DNA of 63,613 nt, counting the filler, from Vannella sp. (lineage: Eukaryota): NCBI GenBank assembly GCA_023345925.1. It is 8 parts of 8 records of this genome, joined end to end, with 100 filler letters (N's around TTAATTAATTAA, not from the genome) between each part and the next. Parts side by side here need not be neighbours in the genome. Positions count along the whole stretch, not along the records: positions 45,273 to 51,609 come from JAJQQN010000005.1; positions 51,710 to 59,293 come from JAJQQN010000076.1; positions 59,394 to 63,613 come from JAJQQN010001065.1; 5 more parts are not named here. One strand, written 5' to 3'. Numbering within the stretch: position 1 is the stretch's first letter; each line of letters starts with the position of its first letter. The notes beneath the pieces are model-generated. The model was not told where the DNA came from. It did not search any database and saw nothing but the letters and a program-made list of their open reading frames with translations. Position numbers and translations under genes: made by a program. Positions 50,818 to 63,613 of the stretch are shown here, piece after piece.

Positions 50818-51501
50818 ATGCCTTTGGGCTGCCACACGCTCCTCCTCTCTCTCGAAGGGGACCATCTTTGGGCTTTTGGATCCAATGGCAAGGGCCAACT
50901 CGGTCTCGGTCATTGGGAACCCTCATTCATACCAGTGAAGGTTCCCTGGACTGGTGCAGAGCCGGTTCAGTTGGACTGGGGGCTTAATCACTCGCTCGTC
51001 CTTGATGATGAGGGGTGTGTGTGGGATGCTGGTTGCTCACGGTGGGGGTTTCCTCCCTCTCTCACCTTTCAGCAGGTACCTGGACTGCCTCGTATCGCTA
51101 TGGTGGCCGCTGGCGAGTCTCACAGCGCCGCATTGGACACTGAAGGTGGCATTTGGGTGTGGAATCTGAGCAAAGTAGGTCTTCCCCAACGAGTAGAGGG
51201 CGAAGAAGATCTCTCTTGGGTGCGTTCTCTTCCCCAACGAGTGGAAGGCTTCCCTCCACTCCTCAAGGTGGCTTGCGGCTGGAACTTCCTCGTGGCAGAG
51301 GCCGAAGAAGGCATCTGGGTGTTGGGCGACAACGACGAAGGGGAACTGGGCCTCGGCCACACCAACGACACCCTCCAACCGACTCTTGTCCAGGTGGAAG
51401 AGCTCTCTGAAGGACCTCTTCGATGCCTGGATGCCTTCGGAGAAGGTGTGATGATCGTCGACTCGCAAGGAGGCGTCTTCTCTTCTGGATACCCCTCTTA
51501 A
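50818..51501 (+). pseudogene. RCC1/BLIP-II repeat protein fragment
   Basis: HTLLL..LWAFGSNGKGQLGLG, AAGESHSAALD, VACGWNF..VLGDNDEGELGLG. Only ~4 blades, with an abrupt stop. Confidence 0.6.
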
Positions 51502-51709
51502 TCAGTTTTATTCGGGGAGGTTGCTTGAAGACTTCAGGTGGTTGTGAAACTTGAGGGGTTTGCAGCACTGTTCATAGTCAGGTATAGTTCCTAATCCCTT
51601 AGACGTCTTNNNNNNNNNNNNNNNNNNNNNNNNNNNNNNNNNNNNNNNNNNNNTTAATTAATTAANNNNNNNNNNNNNNNNNNNNNNNNNNNNNNNNNNN
51701 NNNNNNNNN

Positions 51710-52346
51710 GTGCTGGCGAGACTGGGAAAGCTGGCGAGTTTTCGGACTGCTTTGAGTTGTCTCCATGCTGTGGAGAGCCCTGCAACGTTGGTGAAGGCTT
51801 GTACTGCTGTAAGTTGTCTTTCTACCCCAAACCCCTCGCTAACGCAACAACGACCAGGTTTGTGCTTCTCCTTCTGCAACATCTGCACCTTGTCAAAGAT
51901 GTGGGCTTATTCTATGGATCAGCAATGCGCTTTCGTGAACCACTGCCTTCCCATCTTTTGCTTTTACTTTGCTATCTCCCTCTTGATTAACGTATTTTCG
52001 GTCGTCCTCGCGTATATCGCCCCAAGTTTGCTTTCCCTTGCTGAGCTACCATTCTGTCTCACTACTCTCCTCCCTACTGCCTTGCGTAAGAACCTCCGAA
52101 CCAAGTTCCGAGTGGGACATCCTTCCAGCTGGATTGGTGACTGGCTCATGATGTGCTGCATCTTCACTAGCCCTTGTTCTTTGTGCCAACAAGTCCGTGC
52201 TATGCCTGTAAGTGCGTTACTTTCAAAGCTCTTTTACTCACATGCGCTCTCAGAGCTCCGGCTGGGACTGGCTCTCTGACGTTCGTTCCAACGGTATCAC
52301 TTGGTATGATAATGCCACTTGCTGCAAGCTGATCCGCGACGAATAA
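51710..52346 (+). CDS. PLAC8-family Cys-rich protein, 5' truncated
   Basis: FSDCF..CC, LRKNLRTKFRV..DWLMMCC..PCSLCQQVR. Two introns. Confidence 0.75.
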
Positions 52347-52513
52347 GGTCGACGACCCACGAATACAGACAAGTTTGATCGTGATGCCCTGCTTCTACCT
52401 CTCACTTTCACACTTATGCACCCATCGTGTGCGTTTCTACGAGAGGACCATCTAAGCATTGGTGCAGTTCGTTTGTTCAATGGTTTAGTGGCCATCGTCT
52501 TGAGAAGGCTTCT

Positions 52514-55500
52514 CTACGAATGAGAGTGGCTGAGTTCGTCATCAGGGGCAGGAATGGGACCGTCCAAGGGAAGGAAAAGGGCCATACTGCCCATCTGAGT
52601 GGCGGGGGAGGAGCTAACAGAGTCAATAAGGTCTCGAATGCCATCCGTGGGCATGGATTCAGCGGCTTGCTGATTGCAAATCATGTCCAGGAAGTGTTTG
52701 ATTTGCGCCACATTCAACTGAGGGAAGATCTCTTCGATCTCTTCATAAGTCGAGAAGGCAGAATGGTTCCCGATGGTCAAAACAAAGTTCGCTGCTTCAA
52801 TTAATGGTTCCAGGCGTTCCCTAATGCCAAGTTAGAGGCATTCTTGACGTCGGGAATGATGGACTTACTGAGAATGATAGAGTATCTGTCCGTAGTAGCC
52901 TTCGTCAGTGCTTGCCCGTGCAGTGACGTGGGACATTCCAACTTTAATCTGGATGGCGACGTCCGCAGTGCATAAAGCTGACTTTCCTAATAGCTCATTG
53001 AAGAGGACTCCAGCAAGATAGCTGTAAGTCACAGTGAACAGCTGTTCTGCGATGGTTGGGAACATGGCAGAGTTCTGGACGAAGCCGAAAAGCTCATCCA
53101 AAGGGGCTATCAGGCGGTGTATCGTCACTGGATTGTTCCACGATTGTATCTTGGATCGTGCTGTGGGCAGAGTTGGCTGTCCGAAGACGGCAGGCTTTGC
53201 AGTAAAGGCAATATGCTCTTCCGTGTGCCTTTGAATGCCTCGGAATAGCTGGCACATTAAGTACTCCAGTCGCTCTTCATGTGAGGGCTTATCAACGGGC
53301 TTGATGATGTCACGGACCCCACGCTTCTCCACAAAGACACCGCCCTTCTTTCCTAATTGTGAGGCTGCTTGTGTCTGAAGGAGATGGAGAAGGCGTGATG
53401 TGAGGCTGAGATAAAACACTAAGCCACCAACGTTATAGTGGGAACGATCCATGGCCCACTCAATTGCCTCAATAGTGCGATTGAGTTGTCTGCTGAACCA
53501 CCAAGGGGTTTCCATCAACACCAAAGAGTCGAACAGCACCTTGGCATTCCCAGATACATCACCTTGAGTCCTTGCCATCAACACATTGGCCACAACAACG
53601 TCTGTGGCCACACGGTCCATATGTGCCCGAGATAACCTTTTCTTCATCTCTGGATACGAGAGAGTGCCTTCCAAGTCCATTGCTCCAAAAGGGTCGTTAT
53701 CAGTCCCTCCTAACAGTGACATCATGCTATCTACATTCTCCGTGGACAATTCTTGATTGTCTTCCAAAGTACGGCTTTCAGCGCTCCTTTCAGAGGACTC
53801 TGAAGAGATACTGGCGATCATGGAGGAGAGAACCGCGACACGGCCTTGGAGCTGCATTATGCCTTGCTGAGCACGAGGATTATTAGGGTTATAGTCATAG
53901 CTGTAGCTCTCTCCAATATCTTCTTCGTTCGCAAATCCGGGGAATGCTTGAGCTAACTCTGTTATTTGAGTCTCAATGGCTTGCTGGAGCGCACGAAGAG
54001 ACTCGTGGACTGCTCGATTCTCTTCTTTGGCCCTTTCTGCTTGTTTATGATCTGCTGTCACAGCTCGCTCTTGCATGGCGACAAAGATGGACAAAGGAGC
54101 GAGTAAGGAGACATCCAGAACACCCTTGGCTTTTGCAGCCTCGACAACTTCTGTTGGCTTCTCGGAAGCGGCAAGTTTGTCCATTACCGCTACAAGTTCC
54201 TCTTTGTGTGTCTCGTAAATAGAGAGCTTCTCTCGAAGTTCCCTCAATTCTTGGTCTTGCTCTTCAAGTTGCGCTGTGGCTTCTTTGGCAGATTTTCGGT
54301 AGCGTTGAACCTGCCTTGACATCTCCTGGACTTCTGTGGATTGCTCAGATTGGTCAGAAGAGAGCATGCGAATCTCAGCAAGATATTCTTGTTCTCGAAG
54401 AGTGCCCCGTTCGACCGCTTCTTGGGCAACCTCCAATTCCCTCTGGATTTCTCCCAACTCTTCTTTCAAGCTCTCACAAAGTCCGGCAGACTCTTTGTGT
54501 TGGCTCTGAGCAGTGGTAGCCTCCAAAGTCATCTTCTCAAGCTTCACTTGAATATCTTTGTGGGCTCTGCTGTGATCCTCATCGGCAGCTACTGCCGATT
54601 GTCGAGCTTCCTGCTCTCTCTCCTCTGATTCTGTAAGTCTGGCTTGTAAAAGTGAGACTTCAGAGCGTAGGGAAAGGACTGTTTGCTCCTTTTCTTCAGT
54701 ACTGCGGACTGTTTGATGAGAGAGTTCTTCTTGTTGGGCCAATTGCTGCTTAGCCTCGCTTAACTGGCGTTCCAGTTCTTGAATTTGGCTTCGCATTGAA
54801 TCTCCTTGTCGAATAAGGTCTGCTTTCAGTCTAGCTTGATTACTCTCAGCTTCAGCAAGCTTTTCAGCATACTCTTGGTCGGACTGACGTAGGGCTTGCA
54901 GCTCTCGGCGGAGAGAAACAGATTCTGCTTCCTGTTCTTGCTTGCTAGTGGCTAACAAAGCCACGGTAGATTGAACCTGCAGATCACGTGTTGACACTTC
55001 AGAGCTAACCGCTTCCAGCTCCTTGCGTAGGACCTCAATAGTGCTCATATACTGTTCAACTTCCTCTGCTGCGCTTCTCCTTAACTCAACCTCTTTGGTC
55101 TTGAGTGTAGCAGCTTGGGCGGTGGCTTCTTTTAGCTCTACTTGCAGTTCTTCAATAGTTTGAAGATGCTTTTGGATGGCACGGGTCGCCATTTGATGAG
55201 CTTCCTCTTCACTTTGCAACTCGTTTTGGAATTGGTTCACTTCCATCTCTAACGCTCTGATGCGTTGCTGAGTGGTTATCTCTGTGGTAGTGAGGACAAC
55301 TGCTTGTGCTCGAAGCTCTTCAAGCTTATCAGTAGCCTCGATTTGTTTGCCTTTGGTAACCTTGTGGGCATCTCTCTCTTGGGCAAGGGCTCGGGACAAG
55401 CGGTCTCGCTCCTGTTGAAGAGACTCGCTTTCAGCTTCTGCAAGTCTCAAGTCCTGAGTGATTTGTTGCGTGATAGTGGCTCCTCTCTTGATCTCCAGCT

Positions 55501-57232
55501 GCAGTTCAGTGACCTGCTCCTCTTTGGAGGCGCGAACGTCCTCGAGGATTGAGTGAGAACTCTGCAAAGTAGAAGAGACATTCTCTAATTGACTCTCTAG
55601 GCTCCTAGTGGCCTCGCGAGCGGCAAGTAATTCGGCCCTAAGTGACTCTGTCTCTGATACCACCTTTCTCTCTCCCCCAGGAGCATGAAGGACACCTCTC
55701 ATTTTGTTACTGTAGGCCACCTGCTCCTCCGTAAAAAAGCTCTCTTGTCCCAGAGGCACTAAGCCTTCCTGAGCGAAAGTGATAAGATCAGAGCGGACTT
55801 GGTCGATTTGCTGCTGCGATTGGACCAACTCAGCATGTAGTCTCTTTGACTGCTCCTCATGGTAACTCCCTTGCTGCTGGACTTCGATAAAAGTGTGATG
55901 CATCTGCGCCAATTTCTTCTTATCGTTAGAAATCAGCTGCGCTTGCTCCTCCAATTGGTCTCGGGCCTCCTGTAGCTGTTGAAGGACATCCTTCTCATGC
56001 TCTACAAGCTTCAGTTGCGCTTGACAGAGTCTAGTCTCTGCAGCGAGAATCTCCGCATCTTTAGCTGCGATCTCAGATATCTTAAAGTGATATTGACTTC
56101 TCTTTGTCTCGTACTCCAATTGCTCTATTTCCATCCAATTGGAGTCTGGGTCCTCATCTAAGAACTTGTAGTCCTTTAGGCTGATGATACGAAGCCTCTG
56201 GTCCCGAATTTGATCGATTCCGAGCACATCCTCGGGGCACATGACCTGGATGATGCCAGGAGTGTGAGGGAGAGTTGTATCAAGATCTTCTTGCCCTCTC
56301 ATAAAGGCTTCCCGACCAGTGGGAGCTCTTCTTGTGGTGGAAGAAGAGTTCTTTTGCTTGGAGGCTTGCTGTAGATCAGACAAGTCAGCACCGAAGAAGG
56401 GAACCTCATCTGACTCTTGTTGCTCCATTTCGGACATCTCAGAGGTCTCTGAGCGGTCCTCATCCTCGGAATCGTCCTCGATGATGGTGTTGGCGGCGAT
56501 TTGCTCTTCCAAGTCTCGAGTATCAGCGCGGCTCATACTAAACGATCTTCTGATCTTCTTGCGGATGGATCTGGACCGACTACGGCTTCTGGCGTGGACT
56601 TTGGGGCTCTCTCGACTGCAATCTTCGATGGCGGACACCTCCAGACTCAACTTGACGTCTTTCTGACTCACACAAGCGAACGTAGCTGTAGCTGTTTCCG
56701 TAGAACTACCAGAGAGGGCCTTACGAATGGCTGGGGCGAGGTCAAAGACGGCGCTTCCTACGGCGGAACTCTTCTTGACCCCGTTTGTTGTTCCCTCGCG
56801 CTTCAGAGCGAAGGCGATGGTCTTCTCTTGGAAGTTTCCAGTGGAGGTCATCTGTTTGGTCACCGTGAAGAAGCGTACGGTCTCGTTGAGGTCTACGAGG
56901 CCCAAGGCGGAGGGCTTTTTGGGGGTTTTGCCATGGTTCTCACGCTTTTCTCCTCGCCTCCAGCTTACTTGATAGCGAGCTTCTTCATGGAATGGTACTC
57001 CACTTAACTCGACGAGTCTGACGATAAGGAGCAACGGGAGTCGCCGTACTCCTGCTGGAAGAGAGGGGAGAGACTCATCCTCTTCCCCCTCGTCCTGCGC
57101 TTCCTCCCCGTTTGATGGAGCGGGTGGCTCAGCCTCTCCTTCCAAAGGACGGTTCTTCTTGCGTCCTAATGAAACACTAATCCGGCGGGTTAGCCGCTTC
57201 ATGGAACGTCCTTCCCGCTCTTCCCCGCTCAT
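52514..57232 (-). CDS. NT-C2 + long coiled coil + Dilute (DIL) domain protein
   Basis: NT-C2 (VSWRRG..NETVRF..FQEKTIAFAL..VGSAVFDLA), ~700-aa coiled coil, DIL (QLFTVTYSYLAGVLFNELL..CT..AIQIK..LEPLIEAANF..FPQLNVAQIKHFL). Confidence 0.8.
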
Positions 57233-57809
57233 TCTCTCGAACGAGGACAGAAATGAGCGATAAACTGGCCACAGAATCATGCAAACCCTGATTTACGGCA
57301 AATAAATGACATGATAGGCAAAAAAGGGGTTTCCAGGCACACCAAAAGCAATAGATGGGGCATGTGTGACCCTTCTATGAATGATGAGTCGAAGCAGCTT
57401 GGAGAACATTGTCAGGAAGTGGCATCCAGAGTGTCTCTGGGCACCCTTCTTGTCGAATGTCCGGGAGAGAATCTCGAGAAGAAGGCCAACGCGTGGCGGA
57501 CATGATCTGTTCATCCCTCACAAAGGAATGAGTCCACGGTGTCTTCGCAGGAGAGCCGCTCAACCCGCTGTCACTACAAAAAACAGACCAGATGTTCTTG
57601 CCACCTGTTGATCTATTGGTTTCAAGTGTGTCTTCGTGACAGCTGAACAGATATCCACTTTCCATTCACTTCTTGATGAAGTCAAAAAGACTCTCAATTT
57701 GGGGGGAATGGAATGTTGATCGTCATGAACGTGTACTGCAGATTAGCTAATGGAGGTAAGAGTGATATGTCCTCTGATGACTTCATTACAAGGTTCCCTT
57801 CTCCCGTCC

Positions 57810-58929
57810 ATGTGGCGGGTGGGGAGATGGGTGGTCGAAGGGGCAATGATTTTGGTGATTGTGAACCTTCTTTTGCAGGGTGGGGGAGAGAAACAGGAGC
57901 ACAGACATATCCGAAGTGTAGAAATGGACCAGAAAAGCTTCTTCAAACTCCCTCTGTCGAGTAGACGACCAGAAAGCGCTGTTTCCATCGCGATTGTCAC
58001 CACCTTCGCTTTGTCGGCTCCTTTGGAGGATCCGAGTCGTCAACAACAGCTTAAGGAGTTGCTACAGCTTGCTCAACAGAGCATCGAACGCAAACTCCTC
58101 TATTCCAACCACCACGGGTACGCCCTGTTCTTCTACGACACGGGGGAGGCTGATCCCCGCCGTTCATTGAACTGGAGCAAGATATCAGCTCTCCGCAAGT
58201 ACTTACCACTGTTTGATTGGGTACTTTGGCTTGATCTCGACACGATGAGTGAGCACCCCGTCCTCCATGGGCTTAGGAAGGGCCTACTGAGTCTATTCTT
58301 ACGTGTTTTAGTTGCTAACTTTGAGATTGTCATTGAAGACATCATCATCAAAGCCCGGAACCTTCGGGAAGGAGAGGAGGCAGAGCTTATTCTCTCATGT
58401 GACATGAATGGGATGAACAACGGGGCGTTTCTTATCAAGAATACTCTGTAAGAAGTTGACGCCTTTCTTATATCTTCATCAGAGCACTCATAGGGGAGGA
58501 GATGGTCGAATTATCTTCTCCAGCGGACTTGGGAAATTTACGATGAAGTGGAAGAGCTGCGCCATACCAGGCATGAAGAACAAGACTCCTTTGCATTTCT
58601 GATAGAGCAGGATGAGCACAAAAGTCATGTCCAATACGTGCCTCTTCGTTGGTTTAACTCGTATCCTCCTGAACTAGTGAAACAGTATGAGCTCACTGAA
58701 GAGTGAGTCCTTGCGGCACCAGAGTTTATTAGCCTTGGCTAAGGAGGAGTTTAGGAAGAGGATGGAGTATCAATATCAAGCGGGGGACTTTATTCTTCAC
58801 ACCCCCGCTTTTGTGGTCCATGACAAGCTACAAGCCATCGAAGAGGTCCTGGGTAGTCAGTTGCCAAGTGTAAATCTTATGCCTGGCTCATCACTTAATT
58901 GGCGAGTTGCTCTCGAGGTGAGAGAATAG
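57810..58929 (+). CDS. Glycosyltransferase family 34 (GMA12/MNN10-like)
   Basis: N-terminal TM, YSNHHGY, WSKISAL..DWVLWLDLD, DMNGMNNGAFLIKNT, EQD, FNSY, GDFILH. Confidence 0.88.
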
Positions 58930-59393
58930 CTTCCAGACCTCGACTGGCGACTTATTATTTTTTTCCAGACATTTCATGTTAGCTCTCCATTGGAAGCCGC
59001 AGACTCGTTATAGTACCCGAAATGATAGATGAACTCTGTGACAGAGCATTTACACACCATTTGACTTAACTGACTAAGGCAGCAAGCACGGACAGGATCG
59101 GTGCATTCCAGAAAATGATCTAAACTAACAAGTTGCTCTCAGTGGGAGAGTAAAAGGAACCTGGTTTCAGAACAACGAGATGACAGATATCGATTCTCAT
59201 TTATTCACATCAATGTGACATCAGATGGGAGGCTCCTTTCCATCCATTTTGATTCACAAGTTGAGGGGCATTCTTCGGTTTGATGTGAATGGGNNNNNNN
59301 NNNNNNNNNNNNNNNNNNNNNNNNNNNNNNNNNNNNNTTAATTAATTAANNNNNNNNNNNNNNNNNNNNNNNNNNNNNNNNNNNNNNNNNNNN

Positions 59394-60793
59394 GCATTCA
59401 AGAGAGATTTTGCAGAGCGGGAGCGTCGCTGACTCTCTCTGGATGTCAGGTCCAGGCTTCGTCGCTTGTTGACAAGATCTTTCAGAGTCTCTGCAGCTGA
59501 AGAGATATCCTCTGCTGGGAGAGCAGTCACAGAACTTGGTAAAAGGCCCTCTAATTGAGAAAATAGACGATCCCGCTGTTCAAATCCATGAAAAAGGTGT
59601 TTCTTGCCGTCCCGGCAAATCAAAGTGATCCCATCTGGAAAGACCAACGCACTATTCTCTTTCTTGACGTACTGAACTTCCTGCATGGGTATGACTCTCC
59701 TGTAGAACTTGGAGTGGAAGCAAAGGTGACGATCTGACACATACAAGCGCCCGGCCATGCTGGTGGCTTGCTGGTAAGAGCATAAGGAATGGTCTACAAA
59801 GCGGTCATGTGCCAGCTGGAAGTAGCGCAAGAACTGTTTCTCAAAGCGGTCTGAGTTTGCAGCATCTCCTCTCATTGATGGCAAAGAAGAAAGACTACCA
59901 CCCGCCCCACTCCCAGCTTGGAGGGTGCGAAAGTCTCTGACAGACTGAGATTGGGACTGTCCGATGGAGTTCGAGACAGTTTGATAGTCTTGCATTGAGT
60001 TCAGAGACTTGAAGTCACCAATTGAGCGGTGCTCGGGCCTTTTCGGCTCTTCTTCACTGTCGTCCTCGAATTCCGTCGCATCAAACTGGGCCTTTTGAGC
60101 TCCTGTAGACAGCGTGCCTTGTCGAGAAGCTCTGTCAGAGGATTCCCTTCCTTCCATTCGCTTAAAGAGGCTCTCTTCACTGTAGGAGGAAGACATGGGG
60201 TGACTTGGAAGGGGTTCCGCACGCTTGAATCCTTCTCTCAGGTAGCTAGCACTCCCGTAGCTTGAGTTGGCGCTGTTTTCTTCCTCTGTCAGGTAGTCAT
60301 CGATCCCTTTAGACGCCTTTGAAGACTTGCTGGCTTCCATCTCGGAGAGAGTTCGCCCTCTCTGATCTGAGGTGCGTTTAAAGCTCACTTGTGAGAACAC
60401 TGGCTCGACGGGAACAGAGAGGAGGAAGTCGACCTCTTCTCCTGCACCAAGGCTCTCTATCGAGGGGCTTGAACGTTCGTTAGTGATGGCTAGGCGCTCT
60501 GATAGAGAGCCCAAGCGCTCTGGATCAACGTCAAGAAGGATCTCTTCTTCGTCTTCCTCTTCAGATGTTTCATAATCTCTCGCCCGTGACACAGGCGACG
60601 AGATAACAAAGGCCACCTTCTCTGACTCCTTCTCCGGCACCTGGCGCCCCAGAGAGATCGCTCCTCGTCCACTTAACACCCTTTTTGGACCATCTGCCCT
60701 TGCACCCAACGTTGGCTTCTGTCCTCCATCTGTCAGCAAAGCAACGCAACAAGATCCAACCGGCCGCTTACCGAAGAAGCCCAGCTCATTCAA
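59394..60793 (-). CDS. GRAM-domain protein, 3' truncated, start uncertain
   Basis: CSYQ..GRLYVSDRHLCFHS..IPMQEV..VKKE..ALVFPDGI after a Ser/Glu-rich region. Confidence 0.75.
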
Positions 60794-60968
60794 ATGACCT
60801 TAAATCATCCAGAAAATCAAGCATTTGACAATTTTAAGAGTCCTTGGCTGCAAGCAAGACAGACATTTCACCCAGTCAGTTGCATTTCACCCCCCCTTCG
60901 CATTTCACCACTGCCACCAACTTGGGTGTTCTTCGAGCGGGAAAGTTGTATTGAGGGTTGGTCTTCTT

Positions 60969-63287
60969 CTACTCTTCGTCGTCCTCTTTTGGCAAAGGGC
61001 TGATTGATAGGAAAAGGTTAACGGTGGATTGGCTGTAATATAATGCACTTTCAAAGTCTCCCTCTTCTTCGAAGATCTCGACTAGCTGTTGATAAATCTT
61101 CACAAGATTAAGATTGAGGTGAATTGGAGTATCGAGACTTTCTTGGTGTCTGATGGAAGCGAGAAAGAGTTGCTTCGCCATCTCATTCTTGCCAAGAGAT
61201 CGGCAAACACTGGCAGCTAATTCCATCGTCCTATTGCGCTGGTCAGCGTGTTCCTTTCGATCGCAGATAGTATCTAAAGCCCTCTGGTAGTATTTGAGAG
61301 CCTCCTCAAACTCTCCTTCTTTCCTCAAAACGTGGCCGATTGCATTCAACACTGGAAAACAGTCACAGTGAGTTGGAGACACTTTCAAGAGAGCGATTCG
61401 AAGAGCTTCTTTCAAGCACCTCAATTCCTCTACCCTGTTCCCCTCTATTTGATAATTCAGTGCCATAGCCCGGAGGATTTTTCCACAGCGAAGGTCGTTT
61501 GGACCATAATTCTCCTTAGTCAGAGAGAAGGCCTCTTCGTATGAGACTCTGGCCAAGTCAGACGAGCTCTGTAGCTCCAAGAGAATGGCCTTGTGATAGA
61601 CGATTTCAATGATGATGCTGGGGTCGCATTGGCTTGCTCGCTGAATCTTGAGAGCTTCCTCTAGCCTATGAGCAGCTGGACCCAACTCTCTCAGAGCGAT
61701 TTGAGTCCTAGCCATGCAGAAAAGAGTGTGCGCGTAGGTTTCGCTGGTGGGTCCTTTAACTTTGTACTCGATTCTCAGAACCTTTTCAAAGATCTCCATC
61801 GCCTCTTGATGCTGCCCATTCTCCTCCAATAGAATCCCCAAATCTTTCCAGTGTGAGCAAGCGTCCATATCCTTACTCCCGTGTGCACTGGCATAGAGCT
61901 CCAAAGAGTTTCGTCTAAATGCAATAGCTTCCTCGAGTTTCCCAGTTTGATAGAGAGATTCGGACATAGCACTCATTGCAGAGAGAAAGAATCGGTCCTT
62001 CTCATCCCAATGAGACATTTCAAGGAACTGCTCTATCACCTCTGCATGACGTCCAGAATCCTGCAGCAATCGAGCGACAAGATACAGGCTCTCCGTGAAG
62101 CCAGCTGGTACAATGCCATTCCGAATAGCACTCCGCAATCCCTCTTGAAGATGGTACAGGGCCTTCTCTTTGTTTCCCAATGTACCATAGATGCCTCCTA
62201 AGAGCTTGTGGACCGCAAAACAGGTGTCAAGGGGCTCGATAGTGCGCTGGGCGATGGCCAGTGCTGCCTCTCCAAACATAAGTGCTTCCTTAAAGGCACC
62301 TTCGGCAATCAAAATGTCTGCCACTAGTCGATATCCAGATAAAGTCACACAATTCTCGGTGTCCTCTTGATTGAGGATATGGCACACGAATCCCTTAGCC
62401 TCTTCAAATCGGCCCAACTCTTGGAGAATCCGGGCTTTCTCCAATTGGATAACATCAGTGGCCGGGGAATGTAAGGGTACTGTGTTGTAGATGGCTAAGG
62501 CACGCTCTTGTTGCATCCTTGATGCCTCCCGGCTTCCCGCCTCCTTGAGAACCAATCCATAGTCATGCCGGACCTTCCCACAAGCCAGGTGATCTTCTCC
62601 AAAGACTCTCTCGAGGTTCTGAAGTGCTAACTCAAAGTAGAAGATGGCATCCCCCCACTTTCTGCGCTTTGAGAAGAAGTTGGCGAACCGATTCAGCACA
62701 AACCCGTTGCAAAACTGTCCCTCTCCGAGCTCCTCCCTGGTGGCTTTAGCCATAGCTTTGAGGGTCCTCTTCTCATCTTCAGTGCGTCCAAACTTGGTCA
62801 CGTCCTCTGGGTGGGCCTCCCAAACTCCCTCGACTTGGAAAGGCTGTTTGGGGTTCTCGATCAGAGCGTCCTCTTCTCCCCGCCTCTTCAAAGCAGCATG
62901 CTGTAAAGAGTTTGAGAAAGGCTTCTTCTAGAACAGAGGGGACTCACCAGTTCAGCGAGAAGAGGAGGCAACTCGGAAGCATTAGGGATCAGTCGGATCC
63001 CCAACTTGAGTGTTTCCTCGGCCTCTTTGTACCTCTTCAAACGAAAGAAGGCGTTCGATCGTACAATGTATGCCTTGGTACTTGAGTGAGATCCTCTGGG
63101 CTATTCCTTTTGGTCCTCTCACCTTAGGCAAAGTGGGCGACTTGATCAACGCATCCGATGCCATACTCAGAGCCTCTTCTGGCCTTCCTGCACGAAGAAG
63201 CCGTCCTGACTCTTTGCAAAGCTCCTTCGCAGACGCTGGCACTTTACTTCCCTTTGCCCGAGAAGACTTTTTCCCTTTGGGCGGCAT
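60969..63287 (-). CDS. TPR-repeat protein (kinesin-light-chain/TPR_12-like repeats)
   Basis: MPPKGKK.. exon is spliced via two GTGAG..AG introns into the 640-aa ORF. Repeated motifs such as LNAIGHVLRKEGEFEEALKYYQRAL. Confidence 0.8.
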
Positions 63288-63613
63288 GTCCCCAACCCAA
63301 AGCCCGTTCAGAATGGTTTTAACTTCATTTCAAGGCGAAAAATGGGAGCAAATGCCTAATGTGCCGAGCTTTATGAGTGCCTGGCCCTGCACCTGGATTT
63401 CATCCCCTAAAGATGGTAAGGCAGTCCCTTTTTGGATTCAGATGAGCGATCTCTCTTGAGCGTTATGCGTTTTGGCACAACCGTCAGTGACAAAGATAGA
63501 GACAAATGCTGTTGATCTACCAAGGCACGGGGGTGGAGGAAGGTATCCTGAAAAGCAGTTCCCTTCCAATTGTGATCGTAAGTCCACTGGTCTCCGTTTC
63601 CCACGCAACACCA

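Overview
This is eukaryotic genomic DNA from a compact protist genome. Introns are mostly 40-65 nt GT-AG with CTAAC/CTGAC-like branch points, and intergenic gaps are often under 200 bp. An amoebozoan origin is plausible but is inference only. The window is 8 contigs joined by artificial 100-nt spacers (44 N + TTAATTAATTAA + 44 N), so adjacency across spacers is unproven. Housekeeping genes include CUL4, INO80B, NUP62, a PABP-like protein, DDB1, FKBP12, a USP, PA200/PSME4, a GT34 glycosyltransferase and two tRNAs. A repeat-rich accessory block spans about 31.7-45.2 kb. Highlights, found by manual splicing and motif reading: (1) a secreted MRH-MACPF-MACPF tandem perforin-like protein; (2) two single-pass receptors sharing a mucin stalk, GAIN/GPS (HL|T) and TM chassis but carrying unrelated heads, one bacterial-type Gly-rich and one with one LRR per exon; (3) a U12-type AT-AC intron in FKBP12; (4) an F-box-SAPS fusion; (5) a NOL12/Rrp17-EEP fusion; (6) a decayed Crinkler-like REase-kinase gene. 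All domain calls come from recognised motifs, not database searches.
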